Both the position numbers and the translations under genes were made by a program. A stretch of DNA of 64,000 nucleotides from contig CAVSBQ010000002.1 in NCBI GenBank assembly GCA_963726265.1, positions 861,795 to 925,794 on the forward strand, in the 5' to 3' direction. Within the stretch, counting starts at the first letter, position 1. Every line of letters starts with the position of its first letter. Positions 19,505-30,200 of the stretch are shown piece by piece. Origin of the DNA: Candidatus Aenigmatarchaeota archaeon. Its GTDB lineage: Archaea > Aenigmatarchaeota > Aenigmatarchaeia > QMZP01 > QMZT01. Below the pieces are notes generated by a model that was not told the DNA's origin, did no database searches, and was given only the letters and a program-made list of their open reading frames with translations.

Positions 19505-19816
19505 TCAGATGCCGGAGATGATGCCCCTCTTCCTCAGCCATTCTATCTCGGCGAACCTGTATTTCCATATCACGTTGCCTTTCTCGTCGCTCTCGACTTC
19601 CCACGGCTGGACCAGGACGACGTCCCCGGGCCTTATCCACTGCTTCCGTTTGAACTTGCCCGAGACCCTGCACATGCGCGTCTTCTTGTCGCTGCACTTT
19701 ATCCTGAACCTGCCAGCGCCAAGCATTTCCTCGACGACGCCGAGTACTTCGCGCCCTCTCGGAGTCCTGACCCTGACGACTTCAGGAGCCTGCTCGTGCC
19801 CGTGATGGTAGGCCAT
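19505..19816 (-). CDS. eif1a: Translation initiation factor aIF1A
   Basis: EVLGVVEEMLG, CSDKKTRMCRVSGK, WIRPGDVVLVQPW. Confidence 0.93.
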   Translation of the reverse strand: MAYHHGHEQAPEVVRVRTPRGREVLGVVEEMLGAGRFRIKCSDKKTRMCRVSGKFKRKQWIRPGDVVLVQPWEVESDEKGNVIWKYRFAEIEWLRKRGIISGI

Positions 19817-19877
19817 AATAAGTATTCGCCGGCTGTATTAAAAGATTGCACGTCTCGAGCGCATTGCAGTTCAGTAA

Positions 19878-19949
19878 ATTTTCACGTTCTCCTGCATCTC
19901 AGTAAAGATAGCCGAGCTCGAGGATGATTTTCACGTTCTCCTGCATCTC
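19878..19949. repeat. 23-bp perfect direct repeat duplicating the 3' end of the upstream gene
   Basis: ATTTTCACGTTCTCCTGCATCTC at 19878-19900 and 19927-19949. Confidence 0.85.
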
Positions 19950-21437
19950 GTTGCCGAGCGATTTGTAGATGTAGGAAGACGCTGGTTTCTTTATTTCAGC
20001 CTTCGCGAGCCTGTGCTCGCTGCCCGCGGCCCACGCCACGAGCGCCTTTACCAGCGTGGCGTAGTCGTCGCTGAGCTGGGTCGCATTGGAAAGCCACGCG
20101 GTCCTGCCGCTGCCTATGCCTTCTATGTTGTAGTTTATCACGCACGCAGGCAGGCCGCTCGCCTTCTGCACGAGGAGCATCTTGTTCTGGTTGCCGCTGA
20201 TCTGGGTGACGTTCTCGTTCACGAGGAAGCTGGCGAATTCCCTCCTTTCAGGCTCCGTCACCCTTACGTTGTCCACGTAGGCTTTCCCGCACCTGTTGGA
20301 AAGGCTCATGTTCGACTGGTCGAGCCCTGCCGCCTGCGCCGACGCGGCCATTTTGCCGTCGACGTAAAGCTTCATGCTGCCGTATTCCGCGGTTATTTTC
20401 ACGTGTTTCCATGTCAGTGACGCGACGAGGACGGATGTGTTCGAACCCGTTGAGCCAAGCGGCGGGGAGCGGTAGAATGAAGTGTATCCCGTCGTCCTGT
20501 TGGTCGAGAGCGAAGCTAAATAAGCATAGCCGCCACCCTTGGCGAAGCCCACGAGCAGGTAAGCGCCGTTCTCAAGGTAAACGTCGAAGTCTATTTCCCC
20601 GCTTGCGAAGGAGTCATAGAACCTGGTGAAAATGAAGGAGTTGTCTTCCCCTGCGTTGCAGCCTTCGCCCGCCAGCTCGAGCGCGGGCGGCGTGCTGCCG
20701 ACTGCGGCGATGTCCGCGTCTCCGGCCCACTGGCCCGTGTTGCCGAAGTTGTCGTAGAACAGTGGTACGTGGATGAAGCGCTCGTAGATGACGTTGGCCT
20801 CCCTGCCGTCCTGCATGGCCGCGTCCGGGAATATTATGCCCGTGCTGTCCGAGACAGTTAAACCTGAATCCAGGCCGAACACCGTTTCCTGCACACTATC
20901 AATCACGTTCAGGTCCGCTATCTCGACCACGCCTTTGTTGTGGCCCAGGAAATTCCTGAGCGCTGCCTGCGTCGCAGCAGGGGTCAGGTCCTCGTAGCCG
21001 CGGACAAGAGTTACGTCGAAATCCAGCGAGAACAGTTCGCTGGCGCTCCCGACTTTCACCACTTCAAAAGTGGTTTTCCTGCCGTTTATGGCAAACCATC
21101 CGGGCGAAAGCATGCTGTTCACCTCTGCGAACTCACTGTCGCTGCAGAGGCAGCCAAGCTTTATCTCCGGCTTGATGGCGTTCTGGAGCGTCACCGCGTA
21201 TATCACGTTCTCCGGCAGCGTGCGGTTAAGCTCCGCGTCGACCTCGGTTTTGTTGAACCAGTCAATCCCCTTGGCGTCAAGCGCGCGGAGCGCGTCGTCC
21301 GCCATCATGCCGAGCTTGGTCTTCTGCCAGTCCGTCGCCGGCCCAGGGATGGAGGCGAACTGGCTGAAAACGAAGAACAGGAGGACGATGATGAGCAGTA
21401 TCTCGACGATGTGCATGAAGCCCTTCATCTTTGCCAT
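19899..21437 (-). CDS. Secreted or pilin-like protein with class III signal peptide and a LamG/ConA-like domain
   Basis: MAKMKG|FMHIVEILLIIVLLFFVF prepilin-like N-terminus; WKHVKI...KLYVDGK...AYVDNVRV lectin-like strands. Confidence 0.7.
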   Translation of the reverse strand: MAKMKGFMHIVEILLIIVLLFFVFSQFASIPGPATDWQKTKLGMMADDALRALDAKGIDWFNKTEVDAELNRTLPENVIYAVTLQNAIKPEIKLGCLCSDSEFAEVNSMLSPGWFAINGRKTTFEVVKVGSASELFSLDFDVTLVRGYEDLTPAATQAALRNFLGHNKGVVEIADLNVIDSVQETVFGLDSGLTVSDSTGIIFPDAAMQDGREANVIYERFIHVPLFYDNFGNTGQWAGDADIAAVGSTPPALELAGEGCNAGEDNSFIFTRFYDSFASGEIDFDVYLENGAYLLVGFAKGGGYAYLASLSTNRTTGYTSFYRSPPLGSTGSNTSVLVASLTWKHVKITAEYGSMKLYVDGKMAASAQAAGLDQSNMSLSNRCGKAYVDNVRVTEPERREFASFLVNENVTQISGNQNKMLLVQKASGLPACVINYNIEGIGSGRTAWLSNATQLSDDYATLVKALVAWAAGSEHRLAKAEIKKPASSYIYKSLGNEMQENVKIILELGYLY

Positions 21438-21525
21438 AAGCCCAACCCGAGCCGCATAGCCCAACGGAGCGCAAGCCAAAACAGCGGAACTCAATTTATT
21501 ATTAATGCGGTTTACATTATAAAAC

Positions 21526-22920
21526 ATGGACCTGAAATCCGTTTTCTCCTATCTGGGCTTCGTCCTCGTCGCGCTCGCGGTCTCGATGCTCATTCCCTTT
21601 TTCGCGAGCTTCGTATTCGACGACGGCGTCTACATCCCGTTCCTGCTCGGCGCCTTCATCTCTTTCGTCATCGGCATAATCCTGATAAAGAGGTTCAGGC
21701 GCGAAACTCTCACGCTCGGCGCGGCCATGGTGCTCGCTGGGCTTTCGTTCCTCGTGGTTTCGCTCCTGGGCACCGTCGTCTACCTCGACCACATGCAGCC
21801 GCTGGACGCGCTCTTCGAATCGGTTTCCGGCTTCACGACAACCGGCTTCACCACCGTCGCTCCGGAAACGCTGCCATACTCCATCCTGCTCTGGCGCTCG
21901 CTGACCCAGTGGCTCGGCGGGCTGGGAACGCTGGTCATGATAATCCTCCTCTTGTCCTCGCCGGGGCTGTCCGTCTACTACATGTATAAGGCGGAGGCGA
22001 AGACGTTCAAACTGGAAGCCAACGTCCTGCGCAGCGCGAAAAAGATATTCACGATCTACGGCGTTTACACGCTCGCGGGCATAGTGCTCTTCATGCTCGC
22101 CGGCATGCCAGCCTTCGACTCGCTCAACCATTCGCTCACCGCGGTATCGTCGGGCGGCTTCTCGGTGAAGAACGGCTCGCTCGGCTACTACTCGAGCTTC
22201 ATGATAGAAATCGTCGCCATCATCCTCATGATAATCGGCGCGACCTCGATTTTCATCCACACGAAGCTCTTCGAGGGAAAGCTGAAGATATATCTCAGGA
22301 ACAGCGAGGCGCAGCTGTTCTGGCTTTTCACGGTGATTTTTTCAGTGCTGCTGACGCTCTCATTCCTCCCGCTTGCGGACCCGGTCAGGAGCGGCGTGTT
22401 CCACACCTTCTCCGCGCTCACGTCGAACGCCTTCAGCCTCGGCGTCGCCAGCTACCCCGAGCTTTCGAAATTCATCCTGGTCATGGCCATGCTCATAGGC
22501 GGCTGCGCCGGCTCGCTCGCGGGCGGCCTGCGTCTGGTGAGGGTCGGCATCCTCGGCAAGGCGGTCACGTGGATAAGCAAGAAGATATTCTATCCGACCT
22601 CGGCGGTCGTGCCGTTCAAGTTCGGCAGGAAGACCATAGACGACCAGGAGTTGACCATCATCTCGCTGTTCTCTTTCACCTATCTCATCATACTCGTCAT
22701 CTCGTCGATGCTGTTCAGCTTCATGGGCTATGCGCCGGCGGATGCGTTCTTCGTTTCCGCGTCGGCTGAAGGGAACGTCGGCCTCACTACAATCAGCGTC
22801 GCGGCGATGAACCCTGCTGGAAAGGTTTTGCTGATGATAGACATGCTGCTCGGCCGCCTGGAAATCCTGCCGTTCTTCGTCCTGTTCTTCGTGATTTATT
22901 CCAGACTAAAGTTCAGATGA
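21526..22920 (+). CDS. trkH: Trk-type K+ uptake permease
   Basis: FESVSGFTTTG, LLWRSLTQWLGGLG, VSSGGFS, GGCAGSLAGG, GNVG, MLLGRLEI. Confidence 0.93.
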   Translation: MDLKSVFSYLGFVLVALAVSMLIPFFASFVFDDGVYIPFLLGAFISFVIGIILIKRFRRETLTLGAAMVLAGLSFLVVSLLGTVVYLDHMQPLDALFESVSGFTTTGFTTVAPETLPYSILLWRSLTQWLGGLGTLVMIILLLSSPGLSVYYMYKAEAKTFKLEANVLRSAKKIFTIYGVYTLAGIVLFMLAGMPAFDSLNHSLTAVSSGGFSVKNGSLGYYSSFMIEIVAIILMIIGATSIFIHTKLFEGKLKIYLRNSEAQLFWLFTVIFSVLLTLSFLPLADPVRSGVFHTFSALTSNAFSLGVASYPELSKFILVMAMLIGGCAGSLAGGLRLVRVGILGKAVTWISKKIFYPTSAVVPFKFGRKTIDDQELTIISLFSFTYLIILVISSMLFSFMGYAPADAFFVSASAEGNVGLTTISVAAMNPAGKVLLMIDMLLGRLEILPFFVLFFVIYSRLKFR

Positions 22921-22960
22921 AGAATGTGCTTAAGAGAAATTTCAGCGTAGTGAGCCAGCG

Positions 22961-23010
22961 AAAGGTTTATATATCACTTATAGTGATAATATTATCATAA
23001 AAAGTGATAA
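22961..23010 (+). promoter_or_regulatory. BRE/TATA promoter followed by two palindromic operators
   Basis: AAAGG-TTTATATA, then TATCAC-TTATA-GTGATA (22972-22988) and TTATCAT-AAAAA-GTGATAA (22992-23010), directly before ATG 23012. Confidence 0.7.
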
Positions 23011-23011
23011 T

Positions 23012-23599
23012 ATGAAACTCGAGCTAAAAATAGTGGATTTGCTGGCCAGAGACATAGAAAAGAAATTTACAATTAATGAGATAGCAAAAGCTCTGGAAGA
23101 GTACTATTCCTTTGTCCACAGAACTGTCAATAAGCTAAACAAAGACGATGTAATAATCAAAGAAAAAGCTGGCAAATCCTATCTTTGCTCATTGAATGTG
23201 ACGAATGAGAAAACAATGGCATTAATGCAGTTAAGCGAAATTGAAAAAAGGGGTGAATTTTTAAGCCAGAATAAAGAGTTGAAGCTAATTTTGGAGGATT
23301 TTGTCAAAGCCGCAGAAACGCAGGTTGATGCAATTTCTATCGTTCTGTTCGGGTCTTATGCCAAAGGCACAGCAACAAAGGAAAGCGATATTGATATCTT
23401 GCTGATAAGCAGAGGCAAGGCAGGAATTGACAAAATAACAAAAGGTATGTATGCAAAATACGGAAAGGAGATTAGCACAATAATAATGACCCCCGATGAC
23501 TTCAAAAAACAGAAAGATAAGGCTGTAATCAAAGAGATTATAAACAACCATTACATACTCTACGGGGTAGAGAAACTTGTAAACATGGTGTTCAAATGA
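23012..23599 (+). CDS. wHTH-fused minimal nucleotidyltransferase (MNT antitoxin)
   Basis: N-terminal TINEIAKAL HTH; LFGSYAKG...SDIDILLI. Confidence 0.88.
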   Translation: MKLELKIVDLLARDIEKKFTINEIAKALEEYYSFVHRTVNKLNKDDVIIKEKAGKSYLCSLNVTNEKTMALMQLSEIEKRGEFLSQNKELKLILEDFVKAAETQVDAISIVLFGSYAKGTATKESDIDILLISRGKAGIDKITKGMYAKYGKEISTIIMTPDDFKKQKDKAVIKEIINNHYILYGVEKLVNMVFK

Positions 23600-24162
23600 G
23601 AGCGAAAGACATAATCACAAGGGCGATGAAGCGGGCCAAAGAAGAAAGAGGCCTTAGAGTGTCAAGGCCAAACGATTATCTAAGCGATGGCCATATCAAG
23701 AAAGCAGACCACAATCTGATTGTTATGACGGATTTGAACAGGCTCGGGCATGAGGATTGGGTCGTAATTTCTGCCTATTATGCAATGTACCAGTCTGCTA
23801 CGGCATTGCTTGCAAAAATAGGGCTGGAAAGCAAGGATCACGCCACAACCGCGGCCGTTCTGGAATACCTTTTCGGCGAGCAGATAAGCAAAGAACTGAT
23901 AGGAAAGTTCAACGAGTTGAAAGAAAGGATTGAAACAATAACCATGGATGAAAAATACATCGACTATTTGTGGAAAACCAAGAGAGCAAGGGAAACTGCG
24001 CAATACGGCATTTCCATAAGCCACAAAGAAACTGATACCATTATGAGAAACGCAAGGGAGTTTGTGAGCAAGATAAAGCTGATGTTAAGTGAACTGAACG
24101 AAAAGCTGGTTGCGATTATCGGCAAGGAGATAGAGGAATTGGAAGAGATATCAAGAAAATGA
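23596..24162 (+). CDS. HEPN-domain protein (toxin partner of MNT)
   Basis: SAYYAMYQSATALLAKIG..SKDH, RETAQY; 4-nt ATGA overlap with the MNT gene. Confidence 0.88.
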   Translation: MRAKDIITRAMKRAKEERGLRVSRPNDYLSDGHIKKADHNLIVMTDLNRLGHEDWVVISAYYAMYQSATALLAKIGLESKDHATTAAVLEYLFGEQISKELIGKFNELKERIETITMDEKYIDYLWKTKRARETAQYGISISHKETDTIMRNAREFVSKIKLMLSELNEKLVAIIGKEIEELEEISRK

Positions 24163-24246
24163 AGAATTCTAAGAAGACCCGGAAAATCATTTTTCTGTAT
24201 ATGCGAGCCCACGAATTTATGTTAACAACTCCTTGCTGTTCTTTAG

Positions 24247-24990
24247 TCATTCAACTATGCGCAGCAGTTCCGCGAGGTCCTTTATCACGGCATCCGGCTT
24301 CTCGCTGCCCTTCAGCTCGAAGCTGTAGCTCCTCCAGCTGGCGCTTTCATCTTTCGGCCGCTCGAGCATGACCGCCTTCATGCCAAGCGCCTTCGCCGGC
24401 CTTATGTCCCTCTCCGGGTCGTCGCCGACGTAGAGAACGCGTTCTTTCGGCACGTCAAGCGCGCGCAGCATGTACCTGAATATCTGCGGGTCGGGCTTTT
24501 CTATCCCGAACCTTTTTGAGGCGATTATCCTGTCGAAAAACTTCGCCAGTCCCGTCCACTGCATCTGCGCGTTCAGCGTGTCGACCCTCTCGTTGGAGAG
24601 GATGATAAGCTTTTTCTTCCGTTGCTTCAGTTCCGCGAGCAGCTCCCTGACCTTCACCAGGCTCTTGTCGTTTCTGAGGACGTATTTCAGGCCGCTCCTG
24701 TAGGCGACGAGCAGCTGCTGGCTTATCTTCGACCTGTCGTTCTTCTTCACCCCAAGCGCTTCCAGCGTCGCTTTTATCAGCGGCAGCTCCTGCGCGAAAT
24801 GCGAGCAGAACGGGTAGTTGAGATTCCTGTTGACCTCCGCCCACGCCTCGACGAACTTCTTACCAGCGACTTCGTAGCCGTTAGCTTCCATGATCCTGAC
24901 GAAGTCGTTCGCCTTAAGCTCCATCACTCTCGGGAAGGGGTCGCTGACCAGCGTGTTGCCGTAGTCGAAGCCTATGCCGTCGATTTTCAT
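24247..24990 (-). CDS. HAD-superfamily hydrolase
   Basis: FDYGNTL, LSN, EKPDPQIF, YVGDDPERDI. Confidence 0.9.
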   Translation of the reverse strand: MKIDGIGFDYGNTLVSDPFPRVMELKANDFVRIMEANGYEVAGKKFVEAWAEVNRNLNYPFCSHFAQELPLIKATLEALGVKKNDRSKISQQLLVAYRSGLKYVLRNDKSLVKVRELLAELKQRKKKLIILSNERVDTLNAQMQWTGLAKFFDRIIASKRFGIEKPDPQIFRYMLRALDVPKERVLYVGDDPERDIRPAKALGMKAVMLERPKDESASWRSYSFELKGSEKPDAVIKDLAELLRIVE

Positions 24991-25026
24991 GAGTAGGTTT
25001 TATTTTCATGCCTTTAAAATATTCCC

Positions 25027-25626
25027 ATGGCGCAGGCTTTGCTCAAAATCTACAATTCGCTGCTGAACGACTACGGCCGCCAGGCATGGTGGCCGACGCA
25101 TCGCAGTTTCCAGCCGAAAGAATGGGAGATATGCGTCGGCGCGATTCTCACCCAGAACACGAACTGGAGGAACGTCGAGAAGGCGCTCGACGTCCTTTTA
25201 GAAAATAAAATCATTTCCCCGGAAAAAACCCTTGGGATAAAAACCGAAGAACTCGAAAAACACATCAGGTCTAGCGGCTTCTACAGGCAGAAGGCCATTC
25301 GCCTTCGAACGCTCGCGCAGTTCATCCTCTCATTCGGCAGCTTTTCTGAATTCAACAAAAAAGTTAAGAGGGAAGAGCTGCTGAAGGTGAAAGGCATCGG
25401 CCCCGAGACCTGCGATTCAATCCTGCTATACGCCTGCAACAGGCCGTTCTTCGTCATCGACGCCTACACCAGGCGCTTCGTGCGCTCGCTCGGCATGAAG
25501 ACAAAGCAGACAAAGGCGGGCGGGGATTACGAAAGCCTGCGCAGCCATTTCGAGGCGCGCCTCCCGCGCGACGTCGCGCTCTACAAGGAGTTCCATGCCC
25601 TGATCGTGGAATGGGGGAAGCGGTAA
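25027..25626 (+). CDS. Endonuclease III-related HhH-GPD protein (no Fe-S cluster)
   Basis: WWP...VGAILTQNTNWRNVEKAL, SGFYRQKA, VKGIGPETCDSILLY, FVIDAYTRR, EFHALIV. Confidence 0.88.
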   Translation: MAQALLKIYNSLLNDYGRQAWWPTHRSFQPKEWEICVGAILTQNTNWRNVEKALDVLLENKIISPEKTLGIKTEELEKHIRSSGFYRQKAIRLRTLAQFILSFGSFSEFNKKVKREELLKVKGIGPETCDSILLYACNRPFFVIDAYTRRFVRSLGMKTKQTKAGGDYESLRSHFEARLPRDVALYKEFHALIVEWGKR

Positions 25627-25684
25627 AATTATAATACCATTAGAAGGTAGTAAAAGCTTTAAAACCAGAAAAACAATTAAAAAC

Positions 25685-27133
25685 ATGAAGGTTTACGATG
25701 CTCTGAAGAAAAGGTATAAAAGCAGAGTTTTGCCGGTGCTGGGAGGTTTAGGCCTGCTGGCAATCGCGGCAGTCCCAGCTTCTGCAGGAGATGGCCCGGA
25801 TAACTTATACGGGGAAAGATTTTACGATGACCTTGTTAACACGAAGCCGACAACTGAGCATGCAAGTAAACCGGCGGAATATGCTGCCGAAATAAAGGAT
25901 GCCAGCAAACACAGAAAAACGCCAAAAAGGACCCTTTCCATTAACTTGACGCAAAACCCCCTAAAAGATTCCGAATCGCTTTCAGACTGCTGGTACGCAT
26001 CCAACCAGATTTTAGGAGAGGGCAATGATTATCTGGGCGAAAAACTGGGACTCGACAAAAACCTGCTGGGCAGGCTTGGCCTTGCGGCAGGAGCCCTGTG
26101 GGGGTCGCATGTTTCTTCTTATTATGCCCATGAAACAGCCCACGATATAGATTTGGAGAGGCGTGGCATAAACCCGGGAATCGATATAGACTTATCGGAC
26201 TGGGGAGGTTTTTTTGCACCCCGCTACAGGCAAAAACCCATTGGTTTCGAAAATTACATAAAATTGGATGACGACGCTATTTTCAGGATAACGGTCAACG
26301 GGCTTAACCAGGACGAGCTTAATGCGAAAAGGGGATGGGAACAGTCCATGCTGAAGGGCGAGCTTAGTTTTTGTGACAGCCTTTCCCACCTTCGGTCAAA
26401 ACTTGAAGATGTGGTTTACATACTGGGCGTAGGCCTTGCAGAACAAAGGTTCGATGCGATATTCAGCGAACTGCCTTCCCGGTATATGTTCGCCGATTAC
26501 CATCAAAAAGGCATCAAGACCGACCCGGACATCTACACAGGTCTTCTCCAGTCCAGAGGCATAAATCTCACCAAGAAAGGTTATCTGATACAGGCCTTGG
26601 CGGCTGATATTTTGTCTTACCCGACATGGGAAAGCCTTGGGTCTGTTTTCAGGTATCTGACTAAAGGGGAAAGGACCGGCAAGCCGTTCACGTTAAAACT
26701 GGCTGACGGCCTTGAAATAACGCCTCCTCTTTTCAGTCTATACTTGACGCCGCTGGGAAGCGTCTGCGAAGCCAGTTCGATGTTCAACCCGGGCGGTAAA
26801 AATCCCTTTAAATTTTCTCTCGGGACTGATCTCGATTTTATCGGGAAAGGAAAGGTCGATCTCCTGAGAATAGGGGGCCAGCTGTACGGCGTCGATTTTC
26901 CGCTCGGGGTTAAGGTCAGCCCGTTCGCTCACGTGAACCTGCAAAAGTCATCTTTATCGCCTGACGGATTTTCAGCCGGGTTTGAGGCTTCTGTCACTCT
27001 AGCCAAAAAAATAAGGCTGCGCGGAAAGGCGGAGATGTGGAGTAGAGACCTGATAAAAAGCATGGTAGTTGAAGGCAAAAGGAGCGGCTTCAAGCTAGCG
27101 CTAGGTTTAGAAGCGGGCATCTGGAGCGATTGA
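25685..27133 (+). CDS. Secreted protein with HExxH motif and beta-strand-rich C-terminal half
   Basis: Signal peptide (...LLAIAAVPASA|G), YAHETAH, amphipathic strands at the C-terminus. Confidence 0.65.
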   Translation: MKVYDALKKRYKSRVLPVLGGLGLLAIAAVPASAGDGPDNLYGERFYDDLVNTKPTTEHASKPAEYAAEIKDASKHRKTPKRTLSINLTQNPLKDSESLSDCWYASNQILGEGNDYLGEKLGLDKNLLGRLGLAAGALWGSHVSSYYAHETAHDIDLERRGINPGIDIDLSDWGGFFAPRYRQKPIGFENYIKLDDDAIFRITVNGLNQDELNAKRGWEQSMLKGELSFCDSLSHLRSKLEDVVYILGVGLAEQRFDAIFSELPSRYMFADYHQKGIKTDPDIYTGLLQSRGINLTKKGYLIQALAADILSYPTWESLGSVFRYLTKGERTGKPFTLKLADGLEITPPLFSLYLTPLGSVCEASSMFNPGGKNPFKFSLGTDLDFIGKGKVDLLRIGGQLYGVDFPLGVKVSPFAHVNLQKSSLSPDGFSAGFEASVTLAKKIRLRGKAEMWSRDLIKSMVVEGKRSGFKLALGLEAGIWSD

Positions 27134-27215
27134 AAGCGCATGTGCCGGGCAATATAGTTATTTTTACATCGTTGAAATTAACAATCTAATAAATAATCGA
27201 GACTAATAGTAAATC

Positions 27216-30200
27216 ATGGGGAAAAAGCATTCGCCTTTCCTGTTTTTGACCGTCTCGGTCTCGATTTGCGTATTATTCCTTTTATCAAACGCTTCCCCAG
27301 TTTGGGCAGATGCAGGAACCCCCTGTACTATAAATACAAATTGCTGGGATTCAGCAACGGATAACGATGGGGGTATCGCTCCAAAAACACAAGGGGTTTG
27401 CAAAGAATATCATGACACTTGTGTAGATAAAAAATGCAAGGGAGAATTTACTACTGTGAATTTTCCTGATAGCTGTCAAAGCAGTGTCAACTTGTATGAA
27501 TATTATCCAAGTGGTATCTATTGCAGCTACGTAGGGTCACTTTGTAATGATTTTGATAATACACCTGCTTGCGGAGGAAGTGGCAATCCATGTCCGGGAT
27601 GTTTTTATTACGACTGGTCCTGCACAGGAAGCGGCACAGTTAGCAACCCCGGTTACTGCGACGATACCGCAATTAATCCCGACACCCCGCCATCAACTTA
27701 CTGCACATCTTGCGGTAAACCCTGGGGCATCGGGGGCGAGGGTGCGGGTGCTTCTGCATGCTGCGGAGACGACAGCAGCGAGAACGTATTAACATGCACC
27801 GCAACCACTCTTATTGCATGGAAGACATCGAGCTGCGATGGCAGGACCGCCTGCTGCAACCCGAGCACCGACTGCAACACCGACGACAATTGCTACGCTA
27901 CAGGATCCGACTACCAGGTCTCAAGCGGGGTTGACCAGTGGGCGTATTGCGGCAGCGGCCATACGTGGTATGATTGCGACAATTACCCGACTAGTTGTTC
28001 TGTATGCGGCTATGCCAGTACAACATGCGGCGAGGCACTCAGTGAGTGCAGCAAAGGGCAGACGGAGTGCTGCGGGGATGATGAAAATGAATATAAAAAT
28101 ACATGCAACACTGTCTCCACTGTTGACTGGACCTGCAGCGTAACAGCATGCTGTAATCCCAGCACGGACTGCGTCCAGCCTGATTACACCTGCAGCAATA
28201 CTCAGGAAGCCCATAAAACCCAGACAAGCGGCAATGACATGTGGGCGTATTGCGGCAGTGATATAAAATGGCATGACTGCGATACCTATTACTCTGATTG
28301 CGGGGCAAGCGTATGCGGAAGCGCCAGCGGGGTAAAATGCGGAGAGACTTTCGATGAGTGTGTCAAGGGACAGACGGAGTGCTGCGGCGACGATTCAACT
28401 GAGGATTATGCATACTGTCAAAAGGATTCTGCTATCACCTGGTCATGCAGCAGCTCCGACACTGCCTGCTGTAACAACCCTTCCAACTGCGTCGACCCCA
28501 CTGATCCTACATGCCATACAAGCAGCAGGGGGCATGATGTTGACGCTTCGTCCTCAATAGACAACTACGCCTACTGCGACGGCTCTACGCAGCCCGGGAC
28601 ATGGAAGGACTGCGATAGTTATCCAACGTCTGTGGGCTGCAACTGCGCCCAGCAGGCGGCAATAAGATGCGGAGAATCAGGTTTCGGGGAATGTAATTTG
28701 GGCGAGATGGAATGCTGCGGCGACGACTCGGGAGAGAATTACAGGTATTGCGAGGCCGCGGCTGGCTTCCCTGCTGTTGCCGGCGACTGCGCCTCCAGCG
28801 ACAGCGCATGCTGCAACTCGGCGACTGACTGCGTCACGACAGACGGCAGCACATGCGTGACCAGCGGTAGCACTTCCGTCGACGGCGACGGCAACGGGGA
28901 CAACGACTACTGCAATGCAGGGACGTGGTATGACTGCAGCGACGCCACCAACAACCAGTGCCCGGTGGGATACATGTGCAGCGTTTCTGATGACTGCGTC
29001 CTTGATACGACGCCGCCAACGGTCTCGGTCAGCGGAGCCCCGGCGAGCTGGCAGAAGACCGACGCGACCGCAAGCGTCGTATGCAGCGATTCCTACAGCG
29101 GCTGCGACGTCACGAGCTACAAACTACTCACATACGCTTCAAACCCAGGCTCATGCCCCACCACCTACAGCAGCTACACCCTGACCAGCCCGCAGACCGT
29201 CTCCAGCCACGTCTGGGTATGCGCGGCCGCTAAGGATAACGCGGGCAATGACGGGTTTTCAAGCCCGACGGAATTCAAGGTAGACAAGACGCTGCCAGTC
29301 ACAAGCATAACCTGCAACGGGGCGGCCTGCGCATCTTCATGGTATACGGCGAACGTCGCCATCGTGCTTTCATGCACTGACACCGGAGGCAGCGGATGCG
29401 CATCGACTTACTATTGCGTGGACCAGAGCGACGCCTGCACACCCTCGACGGCGTATTCATCTTCATTTGCCGTCTCCACAGAGGGGACGAATTACGTGAG
29501 GTATTATTCGACGGACGCCGCGACGAATGCAGAGGCGGTCAAATCGCAGACGGTCCGCCTAGACAAGTCAGCTCCGACCGTATCGGTCAGCGGAGCCCCA
29601 TCGAATTGGCAGAACACGGACGCCAGCGCAGCGGTCTCATGCTCAGACCCTTACAGCGGCTGCGACGCAGCGACGTACAGGCTGAGAAGCTCTTCATCAA
29701 ACCCCGGCGCGTGCTCGCAGACATACGCTGATTACACGCTCACCAGCCCCCAGACAATTTCAAGCCACCAGTGGCTCTGCGCCGCGGCGAAGGACGCCGC
29801 GAGCAATACAGGGTTTTCAACACCATCCGAATTCAGGATCGACAAGATAAACCCGGTCGCCTCCATAACCGACGAGTCGACAATCTGGATTAGTTCTGAC
29901 GTGATAACCCTCAGCTGCACGGACACCGGCGACTCTGCCTGCGTGACGACGAAATGGTATTATTTCGACGCGGACGGCGTCTGCGCGACGACGAAGGCGA
30001 GTTACACGCTTTCCACCACGGCCGCGACCATAACGGTTAACACGAACCACAACGACTGGCTGTGCCTGTGGGTCGAGGACAATGCAGGCAACCACGACAC
30101 CGACGTCTCCTCGCAGTTGCTCGTCGACGTCAACGCGCCATCCACGGTTATAGACGAGGACGGAGGCGACTACACCGGCTACAACGTGACGGCATTCAAC

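Noticed and set aside
19878..19949. Diversity-generating retroelement TR/VR pair
   Set aside because: The repeat is only 23 bp and identical, with no adenine-specific mismatches, and no reverse transcriptase is in the window.
29000..29860. Nucleotide-level repeats within the giant gene as a mobile or regulatory repeat
   Set aside because: They correspond to in-frame duplicated Ig-like protein domains.
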